Shown: positions 30,613 through 40,774 of the stretch, in pieces
How positions within the stretch are numbered: the stretch's first letter is position 1
How the letters are laid out: each line of letters starts with the position of its first letter
Virus record (IMG/VR): IMGVR_UViG_3300038856_000064
Span: 96,001-160,000 of that record
Source of the DNA: a virus
Reading direction: 5' to 3' (one strand)
DNA: 64,000 bases
Notes under the pieces: generated by a model
Database searches by the model: none
What the model saw: the letters and a program-made list of their open reading frames with translations, nothing else
What the model was told of the DNA's origin: nothing
Translations under genes and position numbers: made by a program

Positions 30613-32367
30613 TTAGTCCTCCTTGCCTTTCTTGTTGTCGAGAAGGCTGGCCACTAGCTGACCCATTGGCGACTCGCCATTACTTCCCTCGTCAGCGCTT
30701 GCGCCAGCAAGGTTCGGCTCATTGACCTCTTCGAACAATGCTTCGAGGTCCGCACTAGCCGCTAGGCGTGAGCGTGGAACGCGAGGCATGTCAGCGGGAG
30801 CGCGACCATTACGTGGGCGGAGAACCGCACCGCGATCATCGATCGAAGTCTCGCGATCAGAAGGCGAAAGTAGTCCAGCCTCAGCATCTTCTGCTGCCTT
30901 AGACTCTTCTTTCTTATCTTTGTCCTTCTTGTTCTTGAGTTCAAGCATTTTCTTTGCAAAAAGCTTCTTCTCGTCTAGCCACTCATTATAAAGTTCGTCA
31001 GTGGCTTTGGCTAGGCCAGCCTTAACAAACTTGTCGACCTCGTCGTCTTCGAGACCGAGCAACTCAGCAAAGAGATACTCAATTTCGCGCGTGCGAAGAT
31101 CCTGCTTAATTGAATTCAGCTCTGCTTTAAGGGCAGTGTTCTCTTCAATCAAATTCGTGTCTGCCTCAACATCCTTGTTCTCGACAAGTGCATTGGCCAC
31201 TGCCTTGCGACTATCCGCAATCCAAGCGATCTTAGCCGCCCAAACTGCATCACCGGCACCATCCTTGACATCTAGAGCGCGATCGATACGTGCGATCTCT
31301 TCTGGGGTGTCTTGGGTTGCACCTGCATAGGCTGTGTCAACGGCTGCACGAATCTGTTCTAGAGCACTCTTAGCTTCAGCAAGCTCATTCTCTAGGGCTA
31401 CCTTACGGGCTTGTGCGGATTGTAGATCTGCCTCAGTGCGCTTTGCAGCTTCAGCGCGATCACGCGCCTCTAGTGCTTCAGCAACTCCCTGAGCGATATC
31501 ATCCTTGCTCGCGGCAGCGCGGTTTAGATCGTTCATGTTAACCTCCGTGGTTGATTCATTACTAAACAACGTTGTTTGTGTAACGACTTGATCCTGACCC
31601 AAGCCATCACTTTTTGCTTCGACTAACTCCACTTCGGCAAGCGGGTCAAAAGCAAAATGATTGAGAATTAATGAGCGCTTATTTGCTGGACGATCAACAA
31701 AGGCTACACCGCCAAAGCTGACTCCAGATAGTGCTCTACCGATACGCATACCGCTATATTTGCCAGTACCACCATTAGCTCTAAGGTGTCGCTCCAGGAA
31801 AGCGGTTTCTGGCTTGCGGGCAATGCGGTCAAACAACTCTCCAGATTGGGTGTAAAACCCATAATCGTAGTCGTCAAACCAACATTCCATTGATACGAAA
31901 AGATCGCCCTTCTCAATGCGAGAGACGATCTCTTCCGCTGTACTTTTAATATGTGGTAGGTGATGCCAAACAACACCTTGAATAACTAATTCTATGGGCT
32001 GATCATTAATCTCGTCAGCAGTTAGGGCATTACCATCTAGATCACGAGCTTCCACGGCATACATAGCACCAAGGATTTTTTCGTCTCTATGCTGCCAATT
32101 AATTGGCTTCAAAATCGGAGTAGAAATAGCGCGTTTTAATTCGTCGCGCAGAAATCCATCGTCATTATCGTTAAGCCCTTCACTTACTAAGACCGCCTCA
32201 ACGTGCAATAAATCAGCCTGACCTTGTAGCTCATCAACACTTGTCTCTAGTGTTCGCGAGAGCGTGGATAGTGCAGCGGACGCCTTCTTGTGATTAACTT
32301 TAGAAGGTCGTGCCAGCTTTACCTCTCGAAAAGCCAATGCTCGCAATTTTGGTGTCTTATTTCCCAT
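30613..32367 (-). CDS. Prohead protease fused to scaffold
   Basis: NDNDDGF, KPINWQH, VSMEC, FGGVAFVDRPAN protease motifs; coiled-coil C-terminal half. Confidence 0.8.
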   Translation of the reverse strand: MGNKTPKLRALAFREVKLARPSKVNHKKASAALSTLSRTLETSVDELQGQADLLHVEAVLVSEGLNDNDDGFLRDELKRAISTPILKPINWQHRDEKILGAMYAVEARDLDGNALTADEINDQPIELVIQGVVWHHLPHIKSTAEEIVSRIEKGDLFVSMECWFDDYDYGFYTQSGELFDRIARKPETAFLERHLRANGGTGKYSGMRIGRALSGVSFGGVAFVDRPANKRSLILNHFAFDPLAEVELVEAKSDGLGQDQVVTQTTLFSNESTTEVNMNDLNRAAASKDDIAQGVAEALEARDRAEAAKRTEADLQSAQARKVALENELAEAKSALEQIRAAVDTAYAGATQDTPEEIARIDRALDVKDGAGDAVWAAKIAWIADSRKAVANALVENKDVEADTNLIEENTALKAELNSIKQDLRTREIEYLFAELLGLEDDEVDKFVKAGLAKATDELYNEWLDEKKLFAKKMLELKNKKDKDKKEESKAAEDAEAGLLSPSDRETSIDDRGAVLRPRNGRAPADMPRVPRSRLAASADLEALFEEVNEPNLAGASADEGSNGESPMGQLVASLLDNKKGKED

Positions 32368-32378
32368 ACGTATGTTTA

Positions 32379-32386
32379 TACACTAA
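32379..32386 (-). promoter_or_regulatory. Putative late promoter motif TTAGTGTA
   Basis: 11 nt upstream of protease ATG. Confidence 0.7.
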
Positions 32387-32429
32387 GAGTATAGACTTTA
32401 TAAGTGAATTACCTTAATCCTCTAAAAAA

Positions 32430-32651
32430 TCACGACTCTTCAGTGATATAAGTATTGCGTTCTGGAACACTTATGTTATTAGGATCGCTAGAATCATTGC
32501 GAACCTTATCATAACGCCCCTTCGAGCCAGTTGGAAGAACGACATGAGCAGCAGTCTTTACGCTACCAACACAAAACGTAATTCGGCGGATTCTATTTAG
32601 ATCCGGATTCGTTTGACCATCAAATGGGCCTGGATTACTTGAAATTGCCAT
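32430..32651 (-). CDS. Hypothetical protein
   Basis: 73-aa ORF in head operon. Confidence 0.6.
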   Translation of the reverse strand: MAISSNPGPFDGQTNPDLNRIRRITFCVGSVKTAAHVVLPTGSKGRYDKVRNDSSDPNNISVPERNTYITEES

Positions 32652-32661
32652 CTTTTATCCC

Positions 32662-32976
32662 CTAGTATTTATCGACGTCCTTACGGAGACGCAAAGTTTT
32701 CTCGATCTCTATGCCGTCTGATCCAGCCTCTTTAATAGTTATACTGATATTACAGTGTGAATAATCTGGATCATTAGAACACCACATCTCAACACACTTA
32801 AAAGATACTGGTTGTCCGTGGACTAAAAGCATAGTTCCCTCTGGCGTACCATCGCTCATTATCATGATCGGCGGTTGCTCTGTTTTGGATTGAGTTAATT
32901 CAGCACCTAGAATAGAAACTCTGTCTTGTGCCGCTAAGTCTATAGCCGACCTTGACTTATTGATATCTATCGGCAT
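32662..32976 (-). CDS. Hypothetical protein
   Basis: ATG overlaps upstream TGA (TGATG). Confidence 0.6.
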   Translation of the reverse strand: MPIDINKSRSAIDLAAQDRVSILGAELTQSKTEQPPIMIMSDGTPEGTMLLVHGQPVSFKCVEMWCSNDPDYSHCNISITIKEAGSDGIEIEKTLRLRKDVDKY

Positions 32977-33101
32977 CACTTATCCTCGTCTTTCTCAAGC
33001 GAGTCTTCTGCACCCTTTACAACACCCAGAAGCTTTCCAAGAAACTTAATTGCGATACCAATATACTCTTTGGCTTTGCCCAAAATACTAGCTAGTTTCA
33101 T
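32976..33101 (-). CDS. 41-aa amphipathic peptide (below ORF-track cutoff)
   Basis: MKLASILGKAKEYIGIAIKFLGKLLGVVKGAEDSLEKDEDK; GGAGG RBS; fills the gap, overlapping both neighbours. Confidence 0.7.
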   Translation of the reverse strand: MKLASILGKAKEYIGIAIKFLGKLLGVVKGAEDSLEKDEDK

Positions 33102-35517
33102 CACTATCCTCCAAAAGATCGGCATTGATCGCAGCAAATGAATTACACATTAAATCTAGGCGCTCCTCTTTGGTATTAGCCTCGGTCGCCTCAGCTCTAT
33201 AAAGTGCGACAATCTTCTTGCACTTCTCAGTTGCGAAAACAGAATCATCACCCCTCAGTAAATCATACACTAAATCTTCTGTTAATTCAATTGTGGGATC
33301 CAGAGCAGCTAGACCATAAATGATAACTTGGTCGAGTTCTTGTTTCTGTGCCTTGGTAAGTGATCGAGAGTCGCGGATCTCTTGAGCTTTTACAGCTAGA
33401 GAAGTAGCTATATCACTTACTGTTTTGGCTGCGTCTTCCGCAAATGCACGATATTCCTGGAACTTTTTAATCGCGCCCATCCCTTTCGGCTTAGTATTAC
33501 GCTTCTTGGTTTGAGGCTTGCCAGTTTTAGCCGGACGCCCCGCAACGCCAGCAGGCTTAGGTTTAGGTGGCTCAAGGATACCTCGCTTAAATGGTCCTTG
33601 TGATACCATAACAGGCGATCGGAACTTATCATCGTCCTTACGGATATCCTTATTATCTTCTTCCTTGATACCCTTCTCAAATCGCTGACGTTTAAGCTCA
33701 ACAATAAAGTCAGCATCGAAACGTTCAAGTAGTGACTCGTCAGAGAGAATGCCACGATCATATAAGTCCATCAAGAGTTTGCGCTCAGCATTCTCATCAC
33801 GTAGGTTCATAAGTCCCCACTGGATTGATGGCAAACGCCTGAACTTCATTGCATCGGAGATCTTCTTAATCTCAACTCGCAACCAGTCTTCAAGCTTGCA
33901 ACGAATGGTCTCGAGTTTTTCAAGAAGAAGCTTGATAGACATGAACGAGTTAGCGTAGCTACCCTTACCATTCATAACCGTCTCAGATACACCTAGAGCA
34001 GAATAAATATCCTTGTCGACCTGCTCATACTTCTTGGGATCAAAGATGTTTCCTAGGTTGGGCTGTAGCATCTGACCTTCGATAAGGTCATCCCAAACAA
34101 GGTGGTGAGCCTGAGATCCGCCAGCCAAAGCTGCGGCAACACGCTCTAGTTGTTCTGGATCAGGAATAAATCCTTCCTTAACATCGCCTAGCTTAATTAA
34201 GGTGATGGCATGCTTCATTGTCTCAACGGCAGAAATCTCTGCTTGGCGCATCAAGCGCTTGAACATCACCTCTTTATTCGCAGGATAGATCTGTGGGGTT
34301 GCCCAATCTTCATAATCGGCTTTTGTGATATCCTGGATTACGGATAGTCGTGAGGGGTCTAATTTTAGCTCTGCTGCATACGGGGACCCTTGACGTGCAG
34401 GCTGTAAGTTACCCTTAAAAATCTCTGGAACATTAACCTTTGTAGTGCTGATGTCGCTGTAATAACGATAGGACATAAAGCGTGATAGTGGCTTCATATC
34501 GCGACCACTGAGCATCATTACCCAATAGTGTTCATTAGCAAAACGTGATCCACGAGGCTCCATCTGAAGTGGGTTAAGGGAGGTGTATTCCCATGGAATA
34601 ACCGTAGTATTACTGTTATCCTTTTGGCTATCATCTGGGTTGTTTCGTGTCCCAGCCTTACCAAGCATTACCTCGCTAACTTGACCTGCCGTTGCATTTT
34701 TACGACATGCCTGGCTCAACTCTTTGAACTTAGTAAATTGATCACCTACTAGTTCAACAGATATTGTCTTGTCGCGAAGCTTTCTACCACCTTTATCTTC
34801 TAGTTGTAGGACAAGTTCGTTGCCAATAAGTTGCGATGCCTGACCACGCTTCATCGCGGTCTTTTCTGACTGCTTTAATTTAGCTTCCTTGGTCCAGATA
34901 AAAACATTTCCAGTATGAAGAAGATCTACCACAAAACGATGCAGGCGATCCTTCAACTTAACCTTAGTCATCCAGGCTTGATAAAAATTATGAACGGTTT
35001 CATCTTCGTGGACGAGGTCAATACTCTCTACCGAAAAGTCAGCTAGTAAATGAACAATAGTCTGAACTATGCCCTCGGTCTTGTAAAGCAAGATACATTG
35101 AGCGATACGTTGGTGATCTATGTTGTTGCTTCCACCACGACCATAGGTCCACCCTTCTTTACCATGCCCTCCAAATCCCCCAAACGAACCATAACGGGCT
35201 GGATTACTATGTGGGTCCGATGGACTAAATAACCCCTGATTTCCACCTAGCCCACCAAATCCTCCGGCGAACTCAATCGGTGGAGCAAAAAGATCTCCGC
35301 CATACCCATCACCATAAAATCCAAAACCAGCCTTGGCTTGGTTAGATTGAGTCTGTGTTACCACAACCCTGCGATCAGTATCTGCATAGGCTTTACGATA
35401 GATATCCTTTTTATCTGTAAAATTAGCGAGAGGCTCTACGGCTGGAGGGCCATAAGCCTCAGCCGGATCCTGGCTCACCCCTTTTGATCTAACATCCCCT
35501 GGTTCGTGTTTTGGCAT
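33088..35517 (-). CDS. Portal protein
   Basis: 809 aa between terminase and protease; DLLHTGNVF, DIYSALGVS, LYDRGILSDESLL. Confidence 0.85.
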   Translation of the reverse strand: MPKHEPGDVRSKGVSQDPAEAYGPPAVEPLANFTDKKDIYRKAYADTDRRVVVTQTQSNQAKAGFGFYGDGYGGDLFAPPIEFAGGFGGLGGNQGLFSPSDPHSNPARYGSFGGFGGHGKEGWTYGRGGSNNIDHQRIAQCILLYKTEGIVQTIVHLLADFSVESIDLVHEDETVHNFYQAWMTKVKLKDRLHRFVVDLLHTGNVFIWTKEAKLKQSEKTAMKRGQASQLIGNELVLQLEDKGGRKLRDKTISVELVGDQFTKFKELSQACRKNATAGQVSEVMLGKAGTRNNPDDSQKDNSNTTVIPWEYTSLNPLQMEPRGSRFANEHYWVMMLSGRDMKPLSRFMSYRYYSDISTTKVNVPEIFKGNLQPARQGSPYAAELKLDPSRLSVIQDITKADYEDWATPQIYPANKEVMFKRLMRQAEISAVETMKHAITLIKLGDVKEGFIPDPEQLERVAAALAGGSQAHHLVWDDLIEGQMLQPNLGNIFDPKKYEQVDKDIYSALGVSETVMNGKGSYANSFMSIKLLLEKLETIRCKLEDWLRVEIKKISDAMKFRRLPSIQWGLMNLRDENAERKLLMDLYDRGILSDESLLERFDADFIVELKRQRFEKGIKEEDNKDIRKDDDKFRSPVMVSQGPFKRGILEPPKPKPAGVAGRPAKTGKPQTKKRNTKPKGMGAIKKFQEYRAFAEDAAKTVSDIATSLAVKAQEIRDSRSLTKAQKQELDQVIIYGLAALDPTIELTEDLVYDLLRGDDSVFATEKCKKIVALYRAEATEANTKEERLDLMCNSFAAINADLLEDSDETS

Positions 35518-35552
35518 ATCTAATCCTCAATTATATGTATCTCAACCTATAA

Positions 35553-35560
35553 TACACTAA
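35553..35560 (-). promoter_or_regulatory. Putative late promoter motif TTAGTGTA
   Basis: Upstream of portal; overlaps TAG of the preceding ORF. Confidence 0.7.
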
Positions 35561-35760
35561 TTGATGGGACGTTCTACCTTCCATCCATCAGGATAACGCT
35601 CATCCCATTCTCTTTTTAGGCGATCTGATTGTTCTCTTGAGTAGATGATGGCTCTTTTAACCGGCTCACTCTCCGGATGTGGCGGCAACTTATTTCTCGC
35701 GCACAACAAATAACACTCAAGAATGTATGGATAATTTGGCTCGCTGTCTGCATTCATCAA
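35557..35760 (-). CDS. Hypothetical protein
   Basis: 67 aa between terminase and portal. Confidence 0.55.
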   Translation of the reverse strand: MMNADSEPNYPYILECYLLCARNKLPPHPESEPVKRAIIYSREQSDRLKREWDERYPDGWKVERPIN

Positions 35761-38700
35761 TAAATAACTCCTCCCTTTCGATTCATGGGGGTGTACCCCA
35801 TCCCTCGACGCGGGGCATTCTTCAAAATATCTTGTGGTGTCCCACCGTAGGCTTTACCCCAAGATTTCTCATGTCCGTGTCCCTTAATAACTCTGGCTGC
35901 ATGTGCGGCAAGTAGTAAGGCACTATAACGATCTCGACGACGGACATCTAGCCCATCAGGCTGATCACTCAATTTCTGTAATCCAAAACCTTCTGTACCC
36001 TTCTCTGTTACCGTCTGGACAATCGTGCATAATTCATTAGTAAGCTCTTGCATTTCTTTATAGGCACCTAAAGTAATAGGATCTCCATCATCATTTTCCG
36101 TACCATAGAGAAGGTTGTTAATATGCTCGACACACGCGATATGTTCATTATCCTCATAATCAAATTCGGGCACGTCTAATAGTCTTTTTGCATGCTTTTC
36201 CATCACAATATCATCGTCGAGACGTCCAGGAAATATGACATTTTTCATAATAAAGTCACGCTTTAAATTATGATTTGCTGGAACAGCCCAGGTATGGAAG
36301 TTGACCATTTCAAGGATGCGGCGAGCATTTGGGATTGCCTTATAATCATCGCTTGGCTCAATTTCAATAATCGGCTGCTCGCCCTCCCTTAAGTATTTGG
36401 CGCTGGCTAACATTTCTTGAACGGTGTCGCCGCCACCACCTTTATCGCAAGCTATATAAGTAATGTTGGGGAACCTAGCTAATGCATCCTTAATACGATC
36501 AATACTCACTTCCCATTTAGACTTATTCCAACTATCACAATAAACCACTTGGGCTGTTGTACCCACAAGCTTAAGGATGACTAAGCCGAAATTGTCATTC
36601 CAACGAGCAGGGTCGAGTCCCATAACATACTGAAACCCCGGTTCGCCAAACAGTTCATAATGAAATTCCTCAGGGTTTCCTTTACCTGGAGAGGCTGCAT
36701 CAATAATAGAACGTGGGAAAAATCCATTAGTGTCTTTGCTAAATTTACATTCATATTCATGTCCAAAAATAACTGGATCCATAATTGCCTTATGGTTTGC
36801 TACGATATCACTATCTAAGAACCCCTCGGGCATTGCGTGATATGGTAAACTAAATACGGCATACTCGTGCCAAATCTTTTTCCAACGCTCCAGCATCTCA
36901 TCCGTAACACTTATAGTGCCGTCACGACTCTGGCGACGTAACCCCTCTTTGATGACCTGGGGATTCCCATTAGACTTAGCAAAAATATTATAAGCCTCGT
37001 AACGACGAAAGAAGTGACTAAACTGATAGGTCGCAGTTCCTGATAATACTAGTTGGTTACCTCCACCTCGGCGCTCTTCTTCGATCTTGCCTATAATCTC
37101 TTCGTTCGCACCAAGCTTGCGTAAACGCGCTATAAACTCTTGGACAATGACAGCTTCTGAGGGGTCAGCCTTAACAGAAAGGAACGGACCAATTGCTGTG
37201 TCGAATACCTGATCATCAATAGACGCAACTTCATCACAAACCAGAGTAGTATTATGATTCTTTATACCATTCCCGATAAAAGAATGTGACTCTGGAATTT
37301 CAAAATCATAAAGAATATGCTTGCCATCTAGCTTTTCAACACTCCTTATAACCTTTTCTGTTTTTTCTTTACAAAACCTAATATCTAAATCTGCCTTTTT
37401 GTATACCTCAACAAAACGACTTGGTCGAATGGTATTAATAAACTTCATCATCTGCACACCGTTAATACGTAGCATGTATTGCGGATGATCACTTAACTTA
37501 CTTGACCTACTCGTCCTACTACACATAATACCTAGCTTTAGTAATAGAACCTGAACATCCTTTCCTAGTTGCTCACTAGCGGTGTAATAAGAAATTCCTA
37601 AATTGTTTTCTCTAGTCTTATCCTTATATAGATAGGCAGTCCCATCTCCATCAAATAATCCAGTTAGGAATGAAATAACCTCATCTCTTGAACCATTCAA
37701 AATCGCAGCAGGAATCTTTTTAAATCGTGCAGTAGAATAACCTAGGCCGATTTCACTCTCTAGCCATTGACGTTGTTTCAGATTACCAAAATGAATTTCA
37801 TACGACGGTTTGCTTGTCCACCCCCTAGGGTCTTCTCGTGGCGGACAATAATACCTACTAGCTTTGCCAAATTTATCTATTGCAATTTGCTCAACTCTAT
37901 CACAGAATTCTCCTACAGCATTCTTAACAGAAATTCTATACTTATTAGAGCAACATCCTTCAGAAATTACAGCCCCAAGCAACCAAGCTAGATCTACTCC
38001 AAGTTTTTCTTCACTATTAAACTTACCGCCCAACTCTAGTGGCAAAAAATCCTTACTTGGTTGTAGCTTAACAGCATCCTTCCACCCCTTAGTTGTCCAC
38101 AAACGATGAATATCAGAACATACAACCTCATATCCACATTCTGTTGTTATTTTATACGCATCGATAGGACATGTCTTAACGAATTTACTAGGTGCAGCAA
38201 ACTTACCATTACCATAATGAAGTGTTATATCTTCAGGATTATCGACTATGTCTTTAATTCTACGCAAGCCATTATTAGTTTCTACTATAGTTGTTGGCTC
38301 TACGCATGCACGCATTCCTCGGACCTTAGAGCCATCTCCTACGGGAATTCCGGTGATCTCAGTATTATGCCCAACCTTCAAATAAACCTTATCAGTAGCA
38401 AATTTAACACCAAAACTATTACCTGGATGAAACTTGCGGATCGTCTCCTCAATAATTGGACTACTCTTAATAATCTCATCAATATACTGAAAAGTAAACT
38501 TAGCCTGACGAAAACCACCAGAGACGATCACTACCTTTGTCCCTGGAACAAGAAGGCATTTCAAAATACAATAAACCGCAAGCATATATGTTTTGCCAGC
38601 CCCACGACAAGCTAACACCATAGGAAACTTCTTTGCCCACATCATCTGAAGCATCACACTTTGGAAAGGTAATAATCGAAGTGGATCGCCGAACTTATTC

Positions 38701-38840
38701 CGAAATACAAGCTCAACAAATTTAGTCAGACTAATATCGGACACACGATTAACTATATACGGATATTCTTTTTGGTCGTGTATATAGAGACTGTCACGAA
38801 TTTTAGTTTCGTCAGTAATTATTTTAGTTTGGACAGACAT
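35757..38840 (-). CDS. terL: Terminase large subunit (intein-containing)
   Basis: Walker A ACRGAGKT, Walker B LVCDE, nuclease YVMGLDPARWND and DRYSAL. Confidence 0.92.
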   Translation of the reverse strand: MSVQTKIITDETKIRDSLYIHDQKEYPYIVNRVSDISLTKFVELVFRNKFGDPLRLLPFQSVMLQMMWAKKFPMVLACRGAGKTYMLAVYCILKCLLVPGTKVVIVSGGFRQAKFTFQYIDEIIKSSPIIEETIRKFHPGNSFGVKFATDKVYLKVGHNTEITGIPVGDGSKVRGMRACVEPTTIVETNNGLRRIKDIVDNPEDITLHYGNGKFAAPSKFVKTCPIDAYKITTECGYEVVCSDIHRLWTTKGWKDAVKLQPSKDFLPLELGGKFNSEEKLGVDLAWLLGAVISEGCCSNKYRISVKNAVGEFCDRVEQIAIDKFGKASRYYCPPREDPRGWTSKPSYEIHFGNLKQRQWLESEIGLGYSTARFKKIPAAILNGSRDEVISFLTGLFDGDGTAYLYKDKTRENNLGISYYTASEQLGKDVQVLLLKLGIMCSRTSRSSKLSDHPQYMLRINGVQMMKFINTIRPSRFVEVYKKADLDIRFCKEKTEKVIRSVEKLDGKHILYDFEIPESHSFIGNGIKNHNTTLVCDEVASIDDQVFDTAIGPFLSVKADPSEAVIVQEFIARLRKLGANEEIIGKIEEERRGGGNQLVLSGTATYQFSHFFRRYEAYNIFAKSNGNPQVIKEGLRRQSRDGTISVTDEMLERWKKIWHEYAVFSLPYHAMPEGFLDSDIVANHKAIMDPVIFGHEYECKFSKDTNGFFPRSIIDAASPGKGNPEEFHYELFGEPGFQYVMGLDPARWNDNFGLVILKLVGTTAQVVYCDSWNKSKWEVSIDRIKDALARFPNITYIACDKGGGGDTVQEMLASAKYLREGEQPIIEIEPSDDYKAIPNARRILEMVNFHTWAVPANHNLKRDFIMKNVIFPGRLDDDIVMEKHAKRLLDVPEFDYEDNEHIACVEHINNLLYGTENDDGDPITLGAYKEMQELTNELCTIVQTVTEKGTEGFGLQKLSDQPDGLDVRRRDRYSALLLAAHAARVIKGHGHEKSWGKAYGGTPQDILKNAPRRGMGYTPMNRKGGVIY
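37251..38306 (-). mobile_element. Intein with LAGLIDADG endonuclease (352 aa)
   Basis: RA|CVEPTTIVET...; block B CSDIHRLWT; LLGAVISEG and FLTGLFDGDG; ends YDFEIPESHSFIGNGIKNHN|T. Confidence 0.93.
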
Positions 38841-38871
38841 TGCTAATTCCTAATTAATATGAAGGAGGCAA

Positions 38872-39165
38872 CTAGAAGATACCATCCTCTTCCTCTTCAT
38901 CATCCCCAAACGCGCCGCTTAGTGGATTCGCCCCAAAGAATGGATGAAACTCCATAATCTCCGATAAGCGCTTTTGAATCCGATACTTTTGAATTTGGTA
39001 ATAAGCCTGACGAACATGGCGAAGAGCTAATTCATCATCTTGTGCATCCAAGCAAAACTGGTCATAAAGGCGCTTCATTTGGGCGCGAATCTCTAACTCC
39101 TGCTCGGTAAGATCAAAGATCTTGCGCCTGAAATTCTTAACTTTCTGCGTACTAGGTTTACTCAT
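38872..39165 (-). CDS. Hypothetical protein
   Basis: Coupled small ORF upstream of terL. Confidence 0.6.
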   Translation of the reverse strand: MSKPSTQKVKNFRRKIFDLTEQELEIRAQMKRLYDQFCLDAQDDELALRHVRQAYYQIQKYRIQKRLSEIMEFHPFFGANPLSGAFGDDEEEEDGIF

Positions 39166-39460
39166 AGCCGATAACCCCATCCTTTAGTAATATATGTGCA
39201 GCATCAGATGTATCAAGTATGCATAAGTCAAGGATATCGGCCATTTCTTCCGAATCTAATCCTGGTTGGGCGTCCAATAACGATAAAATCTTAGCCTTTA
39301 TGTTGCTCATCAATAAGTCTTGGCACTCTTGTGAACAGTATGGTCTTCCAAAATCTTCTGGTAGCCAGACGACATCTAGAATAGAAACTTCGCTACCGCA
39401 CCCATTGCATTCATAAACTCTATTGCTGTGCATCGCACTGTTCCCTCCACCCTCTCTCAT
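39158..39460 (-). CDS. Small Zn-finger/HTH-like protein
   Basis: CNGC...YCSQEC plus helical tail; start uncertain. Confidence 0.5.
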   Translation of the reverse strand: MREGGGNSAMHSNRVYECNGCGSEVSILDVVWLPEDFGRPYCSQECQDLLMSNIKAKILSLLDAQPGLDSEEMADILDLCILDTSDAAHILLKDGVIGYE

Positions 39461-39746
39461 TCGGATCTATCTCCGCAAATAACGGCACTGTATGTTGTAA
39501 TTTATCTAAGTCATCTAGATGGATTTTCTCTGGATCATTCAAATGATGTGCGGCCTGTTGTTTCGCTATCATCTTTATTGAATCTGATATTATTCTTTTT
39601 GTTTGAGGGTGCATCCAACCGACAACTAGACGATGTTGTGTTAGTTGGGTGATATACTCCTGCTGTTTGCGAATAAGCTTATCCTTTTTGTCCACTAAGT
39701 GCGCCAAGTCGCGCAGCCAGTCACCAGTAGAAGACTCATTCTCCAT
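39420..39746 (-). CDS. Hypothetical protein
   Basis: 108-aa ORF in operon. Confidence 0.55.
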   Translation of the reverse strand: MENESSTGDWLRDLAHLVDKKDKLIRKQQEYITQLTQHRLVVGWMHPQTKRIISDSIKMIAKQQAAHHLNDPEKIHLDDLDKLQHTVPLFAEIDPNERGWREQCDAQQ

Positions 39747-39918
39747 CCTTGACCTCTATACATTTTAAAATTTTAATCTTATTACCATGAAATAGCTTCA
39801 TGTCACAGACTATCTGATCTGGATCCGTTCCCCATACAGGAAGAAAGTAGGTATTCTCACCCAATAAAAAATAAAGATTATACTGCTTTACTTCTTTTAG
39901 TTCTATTTCGTCAAACAT
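39736..39918 (-). CDS. Hypothetical protein
   Basis: ATG at 39918 (MFDEIEL). Confidence 0.5.
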   Translation of the reverse strand: MFDEIELKEVKQYNLYFLLGENTYFLPVWGTDPDQIVCDMKLFHGNKIKILKCIEVKDGE

Positions 39919-39931
39919 TATGATCCCCTGG

Positions 39932-40108
39932 CTATTTCTCGACCCGTTCAATTTCAGGATTATACTTTGCAATACGGTTTGTCAGAGCAACTAGTAAGTC
40001 ACGTTGTTGATCAGAAAGACCTGACTCAGCCCGCATGGCTTCTAATACACCAATATCAGTCAACTCTTTATCCGTTAGACCCTCGAACCATTCTAAATCA
40101 AGTTTCAT
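39932..40108 (-). CDS. 58-aa hypothetical protein (below track cutoff)
   Basis: MKLDLEWFEGLTDKELTDIG...; fills gap in operon. Confidence 0.55.
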   Translation of the reverse strand: MKLDLEWFEGLTDKELTDIGVLEAMRAESGLSDQQRDLLVALTNRIAKYNPEIERVEK

Positions 40109-40635
40109 CTTCTAACTCCTTTTGCTGACGCATTAGTCTCTTGCGGCGCCACTCATATGTTTTAAGCAAAATCTTCTTAGTGATACGCGGGGCATGTTTC
40201 TGTCCCGCAAATATAAACTGGAGCTTGTCTGTTTGGGATAGCGATATCAGCCAACTCTCCACCGCCGCGATACACTGCAACCTCTTATTAGTCCTGCCAA
40301 TAAACGTCCAATTGCGCGGATCAAGAAACTCGGCATAAGTCTGCTCGATAACAACATATCTATATTCGAACGTGCGCATTTTTGCAACACTTCGCATAAA
40401 TACTTCTCTTTTGAGAATTACATTACTGTAAAGTTCCTTACCTCCGCTTTTTTTTTTCTACCACTACAAGATCTGGAATTTCTCGTATGGTATAGTCACC
40501 GGCATCAACTTTTTCCCTAATGTATGCTTTTATATCTTTATCTCCATTAGGATTTTCCTCAAATAGAGGCTTCTTTTCACGAGTGTCAATAATGAGTGTT
40601 GGCTTGACAGGGAGCGATGATTTTGCTCTTGACAT
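40098..40635 (-). CDS. ERCC4/XPF-type nuclease (likely resolvase) split by a frameshift in an A10 run
   Basis: IIDTREKKP...AGDYTI...VVVEKK; deleting one A at 40448-40457 continues SGGKELYSNV...YRYVVIE. Confidence 0.8.
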
Positions 40636-40774
40636 CAATATGCCTCCATGTTTTTTGTTGTCGAATTTTACTAATATTACTATGATCAACATTAAATTGA
40701 TCTGCGATAGTATGATTGTCTAGTCCATCTAGAATCATCTGTTTTATCTGAATCGAGCCATTAGTCAGAAACAT
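40586..40774 (-). CDS. Stand-alone HTH resembling the C-terminal DNA-binding tail of homing endonucleases
   Basis: IQIKQMILDGLDNHTIADQFNVDHSNISKIRQQKTWRHI. Confidence 0.55.
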   Translation of the reverse strand: MFLTNGSIQIKQMILDGLDNHTIADQFNVDHSNISKIRQQKTWRHIDVKSKIIAPCQANTHY

